Positions 39,341-50,440 of a DNA stretch of 64,000 nucleotides are shown here, piece after piece. Location: the NCBI GenBank assembly GCA_016776505.1, contig JADHTG010000002.1, positions 13,852 to 77,851 on the forward strand, written 5' to 3'. This DNA comes from Bacteroidota bacterium. GTDB taxonomy: Bacteria > Bacteroidota > Bacteroidia > CAILMK01 > JAAYUY01. The notes under the pieces are model-generated. The model had not been told where the DNA came from and made no database searches. It saw only the letters and a list, made by a program, of their open reading frames with translations. Made by a program: the position numbers and the translations under genes. Position 1 is the first letter of the stretch; each line of letters opens with the position of its first letter.

Positions 39341-42300
39341 ATGAAAAAGTTAGTTTCAACTTTTGTAAAATATCCTTTTTATGCAAACTTGATTATTGCC
39401 GTACTTTTAGTAGGGGGATTAATGAGTTTGATGAACATGAAGCTTTCATTTTTCCCTGAAATGTCTTCCCGTAACATTTCTGTTTCAGTGGTTTACCCGG
39501 GTGCATCACCTAAAGAAATGGAGGAAGGAGTCACCATGCGGATTGAAGAAGCCTTACGTAGTGTGATCGGAATCAAGCAAATTAATTCAGTATCATCAGA
39601 AAACTTCTGCACGGTAAATATTGAAACGACTTCAGAATATCATATTGATGAAGTATTAATGGAAGTAAAAAATGCAATCGATGGTATTGCATCTTTTCCT
39701 GTCGATGCAGAAAAACCGATCGTATATAAACAAAGACCCAGGACGATGGCTGGTTTTTTAGGCATTTCGGGAGATGTTGATTTGCTTACACTTAAAAAAC
39801 TATCTGATGAAATAGAGAATGACTTCCTGAATTCAGGTGTACTTTCCCAAATTGGAATATCAGGTTATCCTGCATTGGAGATATCCATTGAAGCAGATGA
39901 AGAAACCTTGTTGCGTTATGGACTCACATTTAACCAGGTGGAAGCTGCTGTAGCCCAGAATAATATTGATGTTGCTGCTGGTATGATTCGTTCGGGGGAA
40001 GAGGAGATCCTGATCCGATCCAGAACAAGGTCTGTGGATCCTGATAAAATAGGGGAAATTATTATCCGTGCCAATCCGGATGGTGATTTATTGAAAATTC
40101 GTGATGTAGCCACAGTAAAACACCAGTTTGCCGAAGGCCCTGGAAGAAGCTATATGAATGGAAAACCTTCTATTTCATTCAGCATCAACAAACTACCAGA
40201 AGAAAATCTGAAAGTCATTTCTGCTTATTTACACGACTATGTGGATGAGTTTAATGAGAAACATGAATCTGTCAAACTATACATCACCTATGATTTTCTT
40301 AACAACCTGAAAGCAAGGCTCAGCATGTTGCTTAAAAATGGGGGGATCGGTCTATTGCTGGTTATTCTATCACTCGGCATTTTCCTGAATTTCAGGCTTT
40401 CGTCATGGGTTGCCTGGGGAATTCCAGCTTCTTTTTTGGGGATGTTTATAGTGGCAAATATCTATGGGATCACTATTAATATGATCTCACTTTTTGGGAT
40501 GATACTGGTTATAGGGATTTTAGTTGACGATGGAATTGTCATTGGAGAAAATATATTTAGCCACTTTGAACTGGGAAAAAGTCCTAAAAGAGCTGCCATT
40601 GATGGAACTGTTGAAGTCATGCCGGCTGTTCTTACTTCTGTAATGACCACTATAGTTGCATTCTCGCCATTGTTTTTTGTCGAAGGACGAATGGAAATGA
40701 TGTTCGAGGTTGCCTTTGTTGTGGTATTTAGCCTGGGATTTTCCCTTTTTGAAGCATTCCTGGTGCTTCCTGCACATTTATCAAGTGAAAAGGTTCTTAG
40801 CAGAAAACGACTGGAAGGCAAGAGCATCGTATTCCGAAAAAGAATTGATAAAGGGATTGAATATGTGAGGAACAGGATTTATGGAGCAATTCTTAGGAAT
40901 GTAATAAAATTCAGGATTGTGTATTTAACTATACCTGTAGCACTTGTATTAATCACCATAGGACTTTTTAAGGGAAATATCATCGAGTTTACATTCTTTC
41001 CAAATATTACATTCGATCAATTCAATATCAGCATTGCTTTTAAACCGGGTACCGGGGAAGATATAACTGATGCATACCTGACCCGGTTTGAAAAAGCAGC
41101 ATGGGAAGTAAATGAAGAGTTAAAAGAGGAACAGAACGATACAAGTGATTTTGTGAATTATACATTTCGTGGAGTAGGACAGGCATTTAATGGGGTTGAG
41201 ATAGGTTCTCATGCAGGGAATATTCTGGTTTTACTCAGGGAGTTAGAGCATACTAATCTGAACACCTTTATCATTGTTAGACGCGTTTTAGATAAAATAG
41301 GTCCTGTCCCGGAAGCTGAAAAGTTTACTGTTTCTGAAAGAAACACCACTTTTGGCGATCCTATTTCAGTTACTCTCCTGGGCAATAATGTGGATGAACT
41401 CAATCGAGCCAAGGAATTTATTAAAACTCAACTGGCAGACATAGATGCAGTAACCAATGTGAACGATGATAATTCTTTAGGCAAGCAGGAAATTAATATT
41501 AAACTGAAACCTAAAGCTTATATACTGGGGCTGAATTATGCAGCGATCAGCAGTCAGATTCGGCAGGGATTTTTTGGAGGACAGGTTCAGAGATTACAAT
41601 CCGGCAGGGATGAGTTAAGGATATGGGTTCGATATCCTCAAAGAAATCGAAATGCAATTGGACAACTGGAAAATATGAAAGTGAAAACCCCTTCAGGAGA
41701 ATATCCGTTAACAGAATTGATTGAGTATACGATTGAAAGAGGTCCTGTAAGTATTAAACGCTATAATGGTTCCAGGCAAATTAGCGTAACAGCAGGCATG
41801 AAAGATCCAGAACAACCGGTCGTTCCTATCACTGAAAAATTAGTCAATGAAATAGTGCCCGCTATGAGTGCTATTTATCCTACCGTTAAAGTGGAATACC
41901 TCGGACAGGCAAGAGAAAGCAAAGAATCCGGGATGAGTTTAATGAAATATTATGGGATCGCATTTTTGCTCATGCTGCTTATTATTATGATTCATTTCAA
42001 ATCTTTTAGTCAAATGGTCATCATCATTGCCATGATTCCGCTGGGAGTATTGGGTTCCTTATGGGGACATGGATTTGAACACACGCCTGTATCTATGCTC
42101 AGTGTCTGGGGAATTGTTGCTCTTACCGGGGTTATCATAAATGATGCTGTTGTTTTCCTCTCCAAATTCAATTCACTGGTTGGCGAAGGGAATAAAGTCC
42201 TGGATGCTGCCCATAAGGCAGGACTCGCCAGGTTCAGGGCCATTATATTGACAACTATAACTACAACAGTTGGATTATATCCTATTATTCTTGAAAGAAG

Positions 42301-42508
42301 CTTTCAAGCCCAGTTTTTGAAACCAATGGCTATTGCATTGGCATATGGTGTGTTAATTGGAACCATTTTCATGCTTATATTTTTCCCACCGATTATTGTA
42401 TTGCTAAATGATTTCAAGGTTTGGATCAGGTATAAATGGACAGGTGTAAAACCAAGCAGGGAAAGCGTCACCAAAGTAATCCGGCAGCAAAGTACGAGTA
42501 TTGACTAA
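39341..42508 (+). CDS. efflux RND transporter permease (AcrB/CzcA family)
   Basis: 1055 aa, 12 TM helices with two large periplasmic loops; shares the ATGA overlap with the next ORF. Confidence 0.9.
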   Translation: MKKLVSTFVKYPFYANLIIAVLLVGGLMSLMNMKLSFFPEMSSRNISVSVVYPGASPKEMEEGVTMRIEEALRSVIGIKQINSVSSENFCTVNIETTSEYHIDEVLMEVKNAIDGIASFPVDAEKPIVYKQRPRTMAGFLGISGDVDLLTLKKLSDEIENDFLNSGVLSQIGISGYPALEISIEADEETLLRYGLTFNQVEAAVAQNNIDVAAGMIRSGEEEILIRSRTRSVDPDKIGEIIIRANPDGDLLKIRDVATVKHQFAEGPGRSYMNGKPSISFSINKLPEENLKVISAYLHDYVDEFNEKHESVKLYITYDFLNNLKARLSMLLKNGGIGLLLVILSLGIFLNFRLSSWVAWGIPASFLGMFIVANIYGITINMISLFGMILVIGILVDDGIVIGENIFSHFELGKSPKRAAIDGTVEVMPAVLTSVMTTIVAFSPLFFVEGRMEMMFEVAFVVVFSLGFSLFEAFLVLPAHLSSEKVLSRKRLEGKSIVFRKRIDKGIEYVRNRIYGAILRNVIKFRIVYLTIPVALVLITIGLFKGNIIEFTFFPNITFDQFNISIAFKPGTGEDITDAYLTRFEKAAWEVNEELKEEQNDTSDFVNYTFRGVGQAFNGVEIGSHAGNILVLLRELEHTNLNTFIIVRRVLDKIGPVPEAEKFTVSERNTTFGDPISVTLLGNNVDELNRAKEFIKTQLADIDAVTNVNDDNSLGKQEINIKLKPKAYILGLNYAAISSQIRQGFFGGQVQRLQSGRDELRIWVRYPQRNRNAIGQLENMKVKTPSGEYPLTELIEYTIERGPVSIKRYNGSRQISVTAGMKDPEQPVVPITEKLVNEIVPAMSAIYPTVKVEYLGQARESKESGMSLMKYYGIAFLLMLLIIMIHFKSFSQMVIIIAMIPLGVLGSLWGHGFEHTPVSMLSVWGIVALTGVIINDAVVFLSKFNSLVGEGNKVLDAAHKAGLARFRAIILTTITTTVGLYPIILERSFQAQFLKPMAIALAYGVLIGTIFMLIFFPPIIVLLNDFKVWIRYKWTGVKPSRESVTKVIRQQSTSID

Positions 42509-42549
42509 TGATCTGGCTGTTTCATAAATTAATTGTAAACCAAATTCAA

Positions 42550-43869
42550 ATGCAGGTTAAGATATTAAAATACAGTTTAGTTGCAATTTCAATTTTGTTG
42601 ATCTTCAGAGTGAATGCGCAGGATTCTCTATCGCTGGTGGATGCACTAAAACTAGGATTGGAAAACAATTATCAAATTCAAATCACTAAAAGTAATCTTG
42701 AAATTGCAAAAAACAACAATAGTTGGGGAGAAGCAGGTTTATTCCCGAGTTTAGAATTAAGTACTTACCAAAGTAATCGACATGATGAAGGACCAAACCA
42801 GCTAACAGGACAGCAACAGGATTATAGCACGAATATTTTAGCACCTTCAATAAGCATGAACTGGCTGCTTTTTGGTGGATATGCTGTACAATTATCCAAA
42901 AAAAACCTCGCCCTTTTAGAGCAAAATTCAGAATCCAGTTCTGCACTGGTGGTTGAAAATACAATCCAGGCTATTATACTTGCTTACTACAAAATTCTCA
43001 TGGAAGAGGAAAAACTAATTATCCTGAACCAAATCATGACGCTTTCACGAGATCGGTTTGATTACATGCAGGTTAAGAAAAACATAGGGAATGCGGTAAC
43101 CTATGATGTTTTACAAGCTCAGAATGCTTACCTGAGTGATTCTTCTGCCTTTTTATTGCAGCAAATGTCGTTAAGAACAGCCAACATGAACCTGAACTTA
43201 TTAATGGCGGAAAACGCGGATAAAAAGTTTGTACTCACTGATCGTTTTTCGGATGAAGAAACACACTTCAACCTGGATGATCTAAAAGCAAATATGCTCT
43301 CTAATAATAAAACACTCCGAAATCAGTATATCAATCAGCAACTTTTGCAAAATAATGTTAAACTTTCTCAAAGCGGATTATATCCAAGCATAGGGATGTC
43401 TTCAGCTTATGATTTAAGCACTTCCCGTCTGAAGTATGTGGGAATGGATGCCATTTCAGGAGATGCATATGATTACTATATTAATTTTTCACTGAATTTC
43501 AATTTATTCAATGGCGGAAAAACGCGCAGGGCCATTGCCAATGCAAAAATTGCAGAAAACATTGGGAATCTTCAATTAGAGGAGTTAGAACAAAATATGA
43601 TCATCCTGTTGACGACTCAATATGATTTATACAGCATCCGGAAACAGCTCCTGGCTGTTGCCAAGGAAAACACAAAAAGCACTAAACTGAACCTGGATAT
43701 TTCAGAGGATAAGTTTAAGACAGGAGCTATCAATTCCTTCAACCTGAGAGATATTCAATTATTGTATTTAAATACTGCCTTTCGGGATTTGGAATCCACC
43801 TATGACCTGATTCAAAGTAAAACAGAATTATTGCGAATCAGTGGTGGAATAATTTCGGAGTTTAATTAG
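42550..43869 (+). CDS. TolC-family outer membrane efflux protein
   Basis: Signal peptide MQVKILKYSLVAISILLIFRVNAQ; two OEP repeats. The ORF-track start at 42508 gives a non-signal N-terminal extension, so the internal ATG is preferred. Confidence 0.8.
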   Translation: MQVKILKYSLVAISILLIFRVNAQDSLSLVDALKLGLENNYQIQITKSNLEIAKNNNSWGEAGLFPSLELSTYQSNRHDEGPNQLTGQQQDYSTNILAPSISMNWLLFGGYAVQLSKKNLALLEQNSESSSALVVENTIQAIILAYYKILMEEEKLIILNQIMTLSRDRFDYMQVKKNIGNAVTYDVLQAQNAYLSDSSAFLLQQMSLRTANMNLNLLMAENADKKFVLTDRFSDEETHFNLDDLKANMLSNNKTLRNQYINQQLLQNNVKLSQSGLYPSIGMSSAYDLSTSRLKYVGMDAISGDAYDYYINFSLNFNLFNGGKTRRAIANAKIAENIGNLQLEELEQNMIILLTTQYDLYSIRKQLLAVAKENTKSTKLNLDISEDKFKTGAINSFNLRDIQLLYLNTAFRDLESTYDLIQSKTELLRISGGIISEFN

Positions 43870-44050
43870 TCGCTTGCTGCTTTTTATTTGTCGGTGAGGA
43901 CACCAAGCAGGACGCGGAGAGGTCAACAATAATCAACCATCAGTCCGGAATCCCAAATACTTTCGGGATATCCGGAATCTCTTCTGCCATTTTCACCACA
44001 ATATTCCCTCAATTTTATTGTATTTTGTAGTCTGATAAAATCAACGACAA

Positions 44051-45376
44051 ATGAACTTAATATTACTTTTAATAGTAATCCTAATTCTCCTGTTAAGCAT
44101 ATACCTGGTCATTAGATTTAGCAGGTCAAATTTCAGAGATATTTTAAGTACAGATGAATTTATTAAAGAATATGAAAAACTGGTTTTGCGTTTTGATATG
44201 CTCAATAAAAATCTGAAAGAAGAATTCGCACTCCTTCGGGAAGAATCAAGCAAACAAAATCGTGATAACCGGGAGGAATTAACCCATAAACTAAAGGAGG
44301 GTTTTGTATTTCAAAAAGACCAGCTTGAGTCTTTTGCACTCAGGTTAGAGCGATTAACAAAATCCAATGAAGAACATCTGGATAAGATGCGGGAAACCAT
44401 TGAAAAGAAAATCACCTCCCTGCAGGAAGACAATGCAAAAAAACTGGATCAGATGAGGGAAGTGGTGGACGAAAAACTACAGACCACCCTTGAAAAACGT
44501 TTAGGAGAATCATTCAAACAAGTGAGTGAACGACTTGAATTAGTTCATAAAGGTTTGGGTGAAATGCAAAACCTAGCTACAGGTGTTGGCGACTTAAAAA
44601 AAGTACTTACAAATGTCAAATCAAAAGGAGTTTTAGGGGAGTTTCAACTCGCCAATTTACTGGATCAACTGCTAACACCTGCACAATACGAAACGAATGT
44701 AAAAACCAAATATGGAAGTGACGACAGTGTTGAATTCGCTGTAAAACTACCGGGGAGAGAGGATCATTCAAAGACAGTGTGGTTGCCAATGGATGCCAAA
44801 TTTCCAACAGAGGATTATCAATCCTTGCTCGATGCTTACGAAGCTGGTGATTTAACGGCAACTGATGCTTCTAAAAAAGCCATGATAGCTAAGATCAAGC
44901 TTTTTGCAAAGGATATCAGTTCAAAATACATTGATCCCCCAAATACAACCGATTTTGCGATTATGTTTCTGCCTTTTGAGGGTTTGTATGCAGAAGTTTT
45001 AAGAAATCCGGGATTATTTGAACAGGTACAAAGAGAGTTTAAAGTCATTATTACAGGACCCACAACACTTTCTGCCTTATTGAATTCATTGCAAATGGGA
45101 TTTCGTACCCTGGCTATTGAAAAACGCTCAAGTGAGGTGTGGGAATTGCTGGGCGCTGTAAAAACTGAATTTGGGAACTTTGGTGAAATTCTTGAAAAAA
45201 CACAAAAGAAATTACAGGAAGCAAGCAATGTCATCGATAAGGCTGGTGTGCGATCCCGGGCGATTGAAAGAAAATTACGAAATGTTCAGGAATTACCAAG
45301 CAATAAATCATCTCAGCTTTTGTCGGGGCAGGATGAGGATGAAGAGGAAGCCAGGGAGGGCTTGATTGATGATTAA
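44051..45376 (+). CDS. rmuC: DNA recombination protein RmuC
   Basis: 441 aa; N-terminal TM, long coiled-coil, C-terminal RmuC nuclease-like domain. Confidence 0.85.
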   Translation: MNLILLLIVILILLLSIYLVIRFSRSNFRDILSTDEFIKEYEKLVLRFDMLNKNLKEEFALLREESSKQNRDNREELTHKLKEGFVFQKDQLESFALRLERLTKSNEEHLDKMRETIEKKITSLQEDNAKKLDQMREVVDEKLQTTLEKRLGESFKQVSERLELVHKGLGEMQNLATGVGDLKKVLTNVKSKGVLGEFQLANLLDQLLTPAQYETNVKTKYGSDDSVEFAVKLPGREDHSKTVWLPMDAKFPTEDYQSLLDAYEAGDLTATDASKKAMIAKIKLFAKDISSKYIDPPNTTDFAIMFLPFEGLYAEVLRNPGLFEQVQREFKVIITGPTTLSALLNSLQMGFRTLAIEKRSSEVWELLGAVKTEFGNFGEILEKTQKKLQEASNVIDKAGVRSRAIERKLRNVQELPSNKSSQLLSGQDEDEEEAREGLIDD

Positions 45377-45552
45377 AAACGGAAGGAAATTATAATTGGA
45401 TTTTGTGATATCTTCGGTTTTATTAAATCACTATAAAATGGAACAGAGAAACTACCCTCCAATAACCGAACATAACAGAAGGATTTCAAATTGGAAATCA
45501 CATATTCAAATGACATATATTATATCATCGAGAAAAAAAACAGATCTGCATA

Positions 45553-48054
45553 ATGGAATATTTAAAAAACACTCAGCTTCAATTGGCCTTTGATTTCATC
45601 CAGTACACCCATAAAAATATTTTTCTTACCGGTAACGCGGGAACGGGTAAAACAACTTTTCTTCACAAACTGAAAAAGGATACCTTTAAAAGAATGGTTG
45701 TTGTTGCGCCAACAGGTGTTGCTGCAATTAATGCCGGAGGAGTAACCATTCATTCCTTTTTCCAGATGCCTTTTGGGCCCAATATCCCCCTTGAATTAAA
45801 TGATACTTCAAATTTCAATGAAAAACAAACAAGCCGGATCCGCACCAATCTGCATAAATTTAACAGGGAGAAAATAAGGATCATCAAAAGTCTCGACTTG
45901 CTGGTGATTGATGAGATCAGCATGCTCAGAGCAGATCTATTGGATGGTATTGATGAAGTGTTAAGACGATTTAAAAATCGTTATAAACCTTTTGGCGGTG
46001 TACAATTGCTGATGATAGGCGATATGCATCAGTTGGCTCCAGTCGTGAAGGAGGATGAATGGCAGATCTTAAAAACCCATTACGAAACTGTTTTTTTCTT
46101 TAGCAGCAAGGCTCTAAAAGAAACTTCTTATGTAGCTATTGAATTAAAATACATCTTCCGGCAAAGTGATGAAAAATTCATCAATTTATTGGGCAAGGTT
46201 CGGCAGAATAAACTGGATAAAACAAGCTTTGATGAGTTAAATGACAGCTACAAACCGGGATTTGAGAACGAAGAGCACGATGGCTATATCATTCTCACTA
46301 CACACAATGCCAAAGCAAAAACCATCAATGAAAAGCGACTGGCTAAAGTAACTCTACAATCCAGGACCTTTATTGCGGAAACAGATGGAGATTTCCCTGA
46401 ATATACCTACCCTACCGAATATGAACTGGAATTGAAAATCGGAGCACAGGTTATGTTTGTAAAAAACGACATCAAAGCCTCAAAGGAATATTATAACGGA
46501 AAAATAGGTAAAATAACAGGCTTTGAAGAAGAGTCTGTCTTCGTGAAGTGTCCTGAAGATGAAGACCCAATCGAGGTAAATAAGTTAAGCTGGGAAAATA
46601 TTCGATACGAAATTAATGAAGAGACAAAAGAAATCCAGGAAACAGTTGTAGGGAAATTTGTTCAGTATCCGCTCAAACTTGCCTGGGCAATAACCATACA
46701 TAAAAGTCAGGGACTCACTTTCGACAAAGCAATAATTGATGCACAGGCTGCTTTTGCATTCGGACAGGTTTATGTGGCTCTTAGCCGGTGCAGAACCTTG
46801 GAAGGGATGGTATTGAGTTCAAGAATATCCGCAAGCAGCATAAAATCAGATCCTCATATTTTTTCATTCTCAAATAATGTGAAGAAAAATCCTCCCGGAG
46901 AAGAGACTCTGGCAAGCAGCAAACAGGAATTTCAGGATATGCTCCTGGCCGAATTATTTGATTTTAGCCAGATCCAGAAAAGGTTCTATTATCTGATGAA
47001 AATATTAAAAGAACATGCTGAAAATATAAATTCAGATATAATTAGTTTGTGCCAGGAGGTTTCCATCAAACTGAAGCCAGAGATTATTGATATTGCGCAG
47101 AAATTCAATCCGCAATTGAAATCTTTGGCAGCCCAGGCAATTCCAGTAGAAAAGAATCATAAACTTCAGGAACGAATTAAAAAAGCAGCAAAATATTTTT
47201 ATGACAAATCAGACCAGCTGCTAATGCCTGCATTGAAGTCGATGAATGTGGATTCTGATAATAAGAAGGTGAAAAAAACAATAAAAGAGGCCATTACAAG
47301 GCTAAAAGAAGATGTATTTATTAAATCGGAATGCCTGAATGCCTGTTTTGAAGGATTTGAAACCAAAAAATACCTGTCTGTGAGGGCAAAAGCTTCCATT
47401 GAAAAAGCAGACAAAATAATTGCTTCAAAAAAATCCAAAGACATGACATACAATCCGATTCAACATCCTGTATTGTATGAAAGACTAAAGAAATGGAGAA
47501 ATGATTTAGCAAATGAAGAAAATGTTCCCATTTATTTTATATTGCCACAAAAAACGTTGAATGCACTTGCTAATAATATACCTGCCTCAGTTATGGAACT
47601 TAGAGATGTGAAAGGTTTAGGCAATCAAAAACTCAAGAAATTCGGGAAGGTGATTTATGACATAATAGCTGAATACCGAAAAGAAAAAAATATGGAAACA
47701 GCTGATTGGTTTGAATATATAGAAGAGAAAAAAGATATTTCTGCTAAGATTCCTTCCAGGCAACAGACTTTTGAAATGTTCAGGTCAGGGAAAAAACCAA
47801 TTGATATTGCCAAAGAAAGAAACATGGCCATTTCCACTATTGAAGGACACCTGGCATCTTATATTTCAGACGGTGAACTCAGGATTGAACAATTCGTCGA
47901 TTCAGATAAAATTGAAATGATCAGCACATATGTTCATAAAACAGGAATTTACAGTTTAAGCCATGTTAAATATGCGTTGGGTGAAAAAGTTAGCTGGTCG
48001 GAATTGAAGTTTGTACTGAATCACCTGGAGAAAGTAAGAAATAAACAGCAATAA
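45553..48054 (+). CDS. PIF1/RecD-like SF1 helicase with a C-terminal HRDC and helix-turn-helix extension
   Basis: 833 aa; Walker A FLTGNAGTGKTT, Walker B LLVIDEISM, PIF1 motifs, C-terminal HRDC (LYERLKKWRNDLANEENVPIYFILPQKTLNALA). Confidence 0.8.
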   Translation: MEYLKNTQLQLAFDFIQYTHKNIFLTGNAGTGKTTFLHKLKKDTFKRMVVVAPTGVAAINAGGVTIHSFFQMPFGPNIPLELNDTSNFNEKQTSRIRTNLHKFNREKIRIIKSLDLLVIDEISMLRADLLDGIDEVLRRFKNRYKPFGGVQLLMIGDMHQLAPVVKEDEWQILKTHYETVFFFSSKALKETSYVAIELKYIFRQSDEKFINLLGKVRQNKLDKTSFDELNDSYKPGFENEEHDGYIILTTHNAKAKTINEKRLAKVTLQSRTFIAETDGDFPEYTYPTEYELELKIGAQVMFVKNDIKASKEYYNGKIGKITGFEEESVFVKCPEDEDPIEVNKLSWENIRYEINEETKEIQETVVGKFVQYPLKLAWAITIHKSQGLTFDKAIIDAQAAFAFGQVYVALSRCRTLEGMVLSSRISASSIKSDPHIFSFSNNVKKNPPGEETLASSKQEFQDMLLAELFDFSQIQKRFYYLMKILKEHAENINSDIISLCQEVSIKLKPEIIDIAQKFNPQLKSLAAQAIPVEKNHKLQERIKKAAKYFYDKSDQLLMPALKSMNVDSDNKKVKKTIKEAITRLKEDVFIKSECLNACFEGFETKKYLSVRAKASIEKADKIIASKKSKDMTYNPIQHPVLYERLKKWRNDLANEENVPIYFILPQKTLNALANNIPASVMELRDVKGLGNQKLKKFGKVIYDIIAEYRKEKNMETADWFEYIEEKKDISAKIPSRQQTFEMFRSGKKPIDIAKERNMAISTIEGHLASYISDGELRIEQFVDSDKIEMISTYVHKTGIYSLSHVKYALGEKVSWSELKFVLNHLEKVRNKQQ

Positions 48055-48187
48055 TTACAAAAAGCCATTCTCATTTGAATTTGAGCCTATTTTTTGCTAT
48101 TTTGCAAGTCCATTGAAGGTTCGATTCTTTAACACCAGGGAAGATTCTTCATTATGATTGGATAAACAGATTTTAATAAATTAAGGA

Positions 48188-50422
48188 ATGACTACTGTAT
48201 ACAGGAAAACTTCAGAAAGAAAAAATAATCAAGTAAGACAAAATCTTGATAAAGTAGCCATTAGCGTTCGCTCATTTAGGATTCTAAAGAAGATTTTAAA
48301 AGAGAATCCATATCTCGAAGAAATAATGATGGAGGCACACAGTCGCGAAGAAGCCATTAACGCCATTAAAAGTTGGGTCATGGCTTATTTTGAGTCGAAT
48401 CCTATTGCTTTCAGATATTATAAAGAAGAGAAAAAAGGCAGAAAAGGACTAAATCTGTTAGAATGGAGAGATATAGCAGCCATTCGTCTGATGGACTATG
48501 TAGAGAATTCTGGCAGAAAATTCAAAGATCCTAACCTAAAAGTGAGGAAAGAAACCATTAACGATCCGATCAAACTTTTATGGCTGGCCATTAAAAATGG
48601 GGCTAGTGGCGCAAAACCTGCTTTTTTTGAAGATATGTTACATCTTTTCAGACAATTCCAGGGAATCAATAAAAGAAAAAAACCAACTGAGGAGGAGGTG
48701 AAAGAATGGATGGCACGTCACCCGAGTGGTTTGGAGCCTCAATTGATCATTATAAGGAGACAAAACAGGGATCGGATACTTAAAGTATTCATAAAGAAAA
48801 TAGATAAAGGAGAAATTAATGACAAAAAGTATTTCTTTAAGAAAGGATTGAGTCAGGAGCAAAAACTCAAAGTAGCACAAGGATGGTGGAAAGAAAGATT
48901 ATTCCATTTACGTTTTGCAATTCGCAATGTGAATCTTTTGAATGAATTGCTTGATCATTCCCTTTCAATTGAGCAGATCAATACTTTTAATAATGCCTCT
49001 GAAGCGGGAATACCCATTTTCATCAATCCTTATTATCTTTCATTATTGAATACGCGGATTCATGGATTTGCTGCCGAATCAGACCGGACCATACGCGACT
49101 ATATCATGATTAATGATCAGCTGGTAGAAGAATTCGGGAGCATCAATGCCTGGGAAAAAGAAGACCTTGTTCTTCCTGGCAAGCCAAATACAGCTGGGTG
49201 GCTTCTCCCTAATGAGTATAATGTACACAGGAGATATCCGGAAGTGTCTATTTTAATCCCTGATACGGTAGGTCGTGCCTGCGGAGGATTATGTGTAGCA
49301 TGTCAACGGATGTTTGATTTCCAAAATGGAAACCTGAATTTTGATCTGGGCAAATTAAAGCCAAAAATGTCATGGCCTGAAAAACTCAAAAGTTTACTCA
49401 AATACTGGGAGGATGATTCTCAGTTGCGTGACATCCTGATCACGGGTGGAGATGCTTTGATGAGTTCAGACAATAGCCTGAAGCAAATATTGAATGAAGT
49501 GTTGGAAATGGCTATCCGGAAGAAGGAAGCTAATAAAAAACGAAAAGAAGGGGAGAAATTTGCAGAAATGGTTAAAATCAGAATTGGAACCAGGTTACCC
49601 GTCTATTTGCCACAACGGATTACACCGGAATTGACATCGATTCTAAGAAATTTCAAAGAAAAAGCATCAAAAGTTGGGTTCAAACAATTTGTCATTCAAA
49701 CCCATTTTGAATCAGCTATGGAAATTACTCCCGAAGTCAGGGAAGCTATGCAGCGCATTTTATCTGCAGGATGGGTTGTTTTCAACCAGTTAGTGTTTAC
49801 TGCTGCAGCATCCCGCAGGGGCCATACAGCAAAATTACGTCAGTCATTAAATGCTATTGGTGTTTTACCATATTATACTTTCTCAGTGAAAGGATTTCTA
49901 GAAAATTCCCACAATTTTGCTACCAATGCCAGGGCGGTACAGGAAGCTGTTGAAGAAAAGGTACTTGGAAACGTCCCTGATGAATCACTTGAGAAATTAA
50001 AAGATCTGCCACTGGATGCTGAAAATATTGTATCAAAAATTAAAGAAATAAAATCCGATCTCAATATTCCATTTCTTGCAACCGACAGGAATGTCTTAAA
50101 TTTACCCGGGGTAGGAAAAAGCCTTACTTATCGTGCTATTGGAATCACTCGTTATGGTAAACGTATTTTGGAATTTGACTATGATAGAACCAGAGGCCAT
50201 AGTCCGATCATAGAAAAAATGGGTAAAATTCACATCATTGAATCCAAACCAATTTTGGAATACCTGGAACAATTGGAAGAAATGGGAGAGAATATCCGGG
50301 AATATGAGAGGATTTACGGATATTCCATTGGTGAAACAGAGGAGCGGCCAAGCTTATTTGAGTATCCTGAATACGATTACCATATTACGGATGAAGTGAC
50401 TAATTTTAGACTTTCAAAATAA
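48188..50422 (+). CDS. KamA-family radical SAM aminomutase-like protein with an N-terminal extension of about 290 aa
   Basis: 744 aa; CGGLCVACQR = CxxxCxxC radical SAM cluster motif preceded by IPIFINPYYLSLL (KamA N-terminal signature); residues 1-300 have no recognisable domain. Confidence 0.7.
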   Translation: MTTVYRKTSERKNNQVRQNLDKVAISVRSFRILKKILKENPYLEEIMMEAHSREEAINAIKSWVMAYFESNPIAFRYYKEEKKGRKGLNLLEWRDIAAIRLMDYVENSGRKFKDPNLKVRKETINDPIKLLWLAIKNGASGAKPAFFEDMLHLFRQFQGINKRKKPTEEEVKEWMARHPSGLEPQLIIIRRQNRDRILKVFIKKIDKGEINDKKYFFKKGLSQEQKLKVAQGWWKERLFHLRFAIRNVNLLNELLDHSLSIEQINTFNNASEAGIPIFINPYYLSLLNTRIHGFAAESDRTIRDYIMINDQLVEEFGSINAWEKEDLVLPGKPNTAGWLLPNEYNVHRRYPEVSILIPDTVGRACGGLCVACQRMFDFQNGNLNFDLGKLKPKMSWPEKLKSLLKYWEDDSQLRDILITGGDALMSSDNSLKQILNEVLEMAIRKKEANKKRKEGEKFAEMVKIRIGTRLPVYLPQRITPELTSILRNFKEKASKVGFKQFVIQTHFESAMEITPEVREAMQRILSAGWVVFNQLVFTAAASRRGHTAKLRQSLNAIGVLPYYTFSVKGFLENSHNFATNARAVQEAVEEKVLGNVPDESLEKLKDLPLDAENIVSKIKEIKSDLNIPFLATDRNVLNLPGVGKSLTYRAIGITRYGKRILEFDYDRTRGHSPIIEKMGKIHIIESKPILEYLEQLEEMGENIREYERIYGYSIGETEERPSLFEYPEYDYHITDEVTNFRLSK

Positions 50423-50440
50423 TCTAATTTCTAACAGTTT

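Noticed and set aside
42508-42549. Upstream start (MIWLFHKLIVNQIQ) for the TolC-family gene, overlapping the RND permease stop
   Set aside because: The signal peptide begins at the internal M (42550). The upstream residues look like read-through of the intergenic region, although translational coupling through the ATGA overlap cannot be fully excluded.
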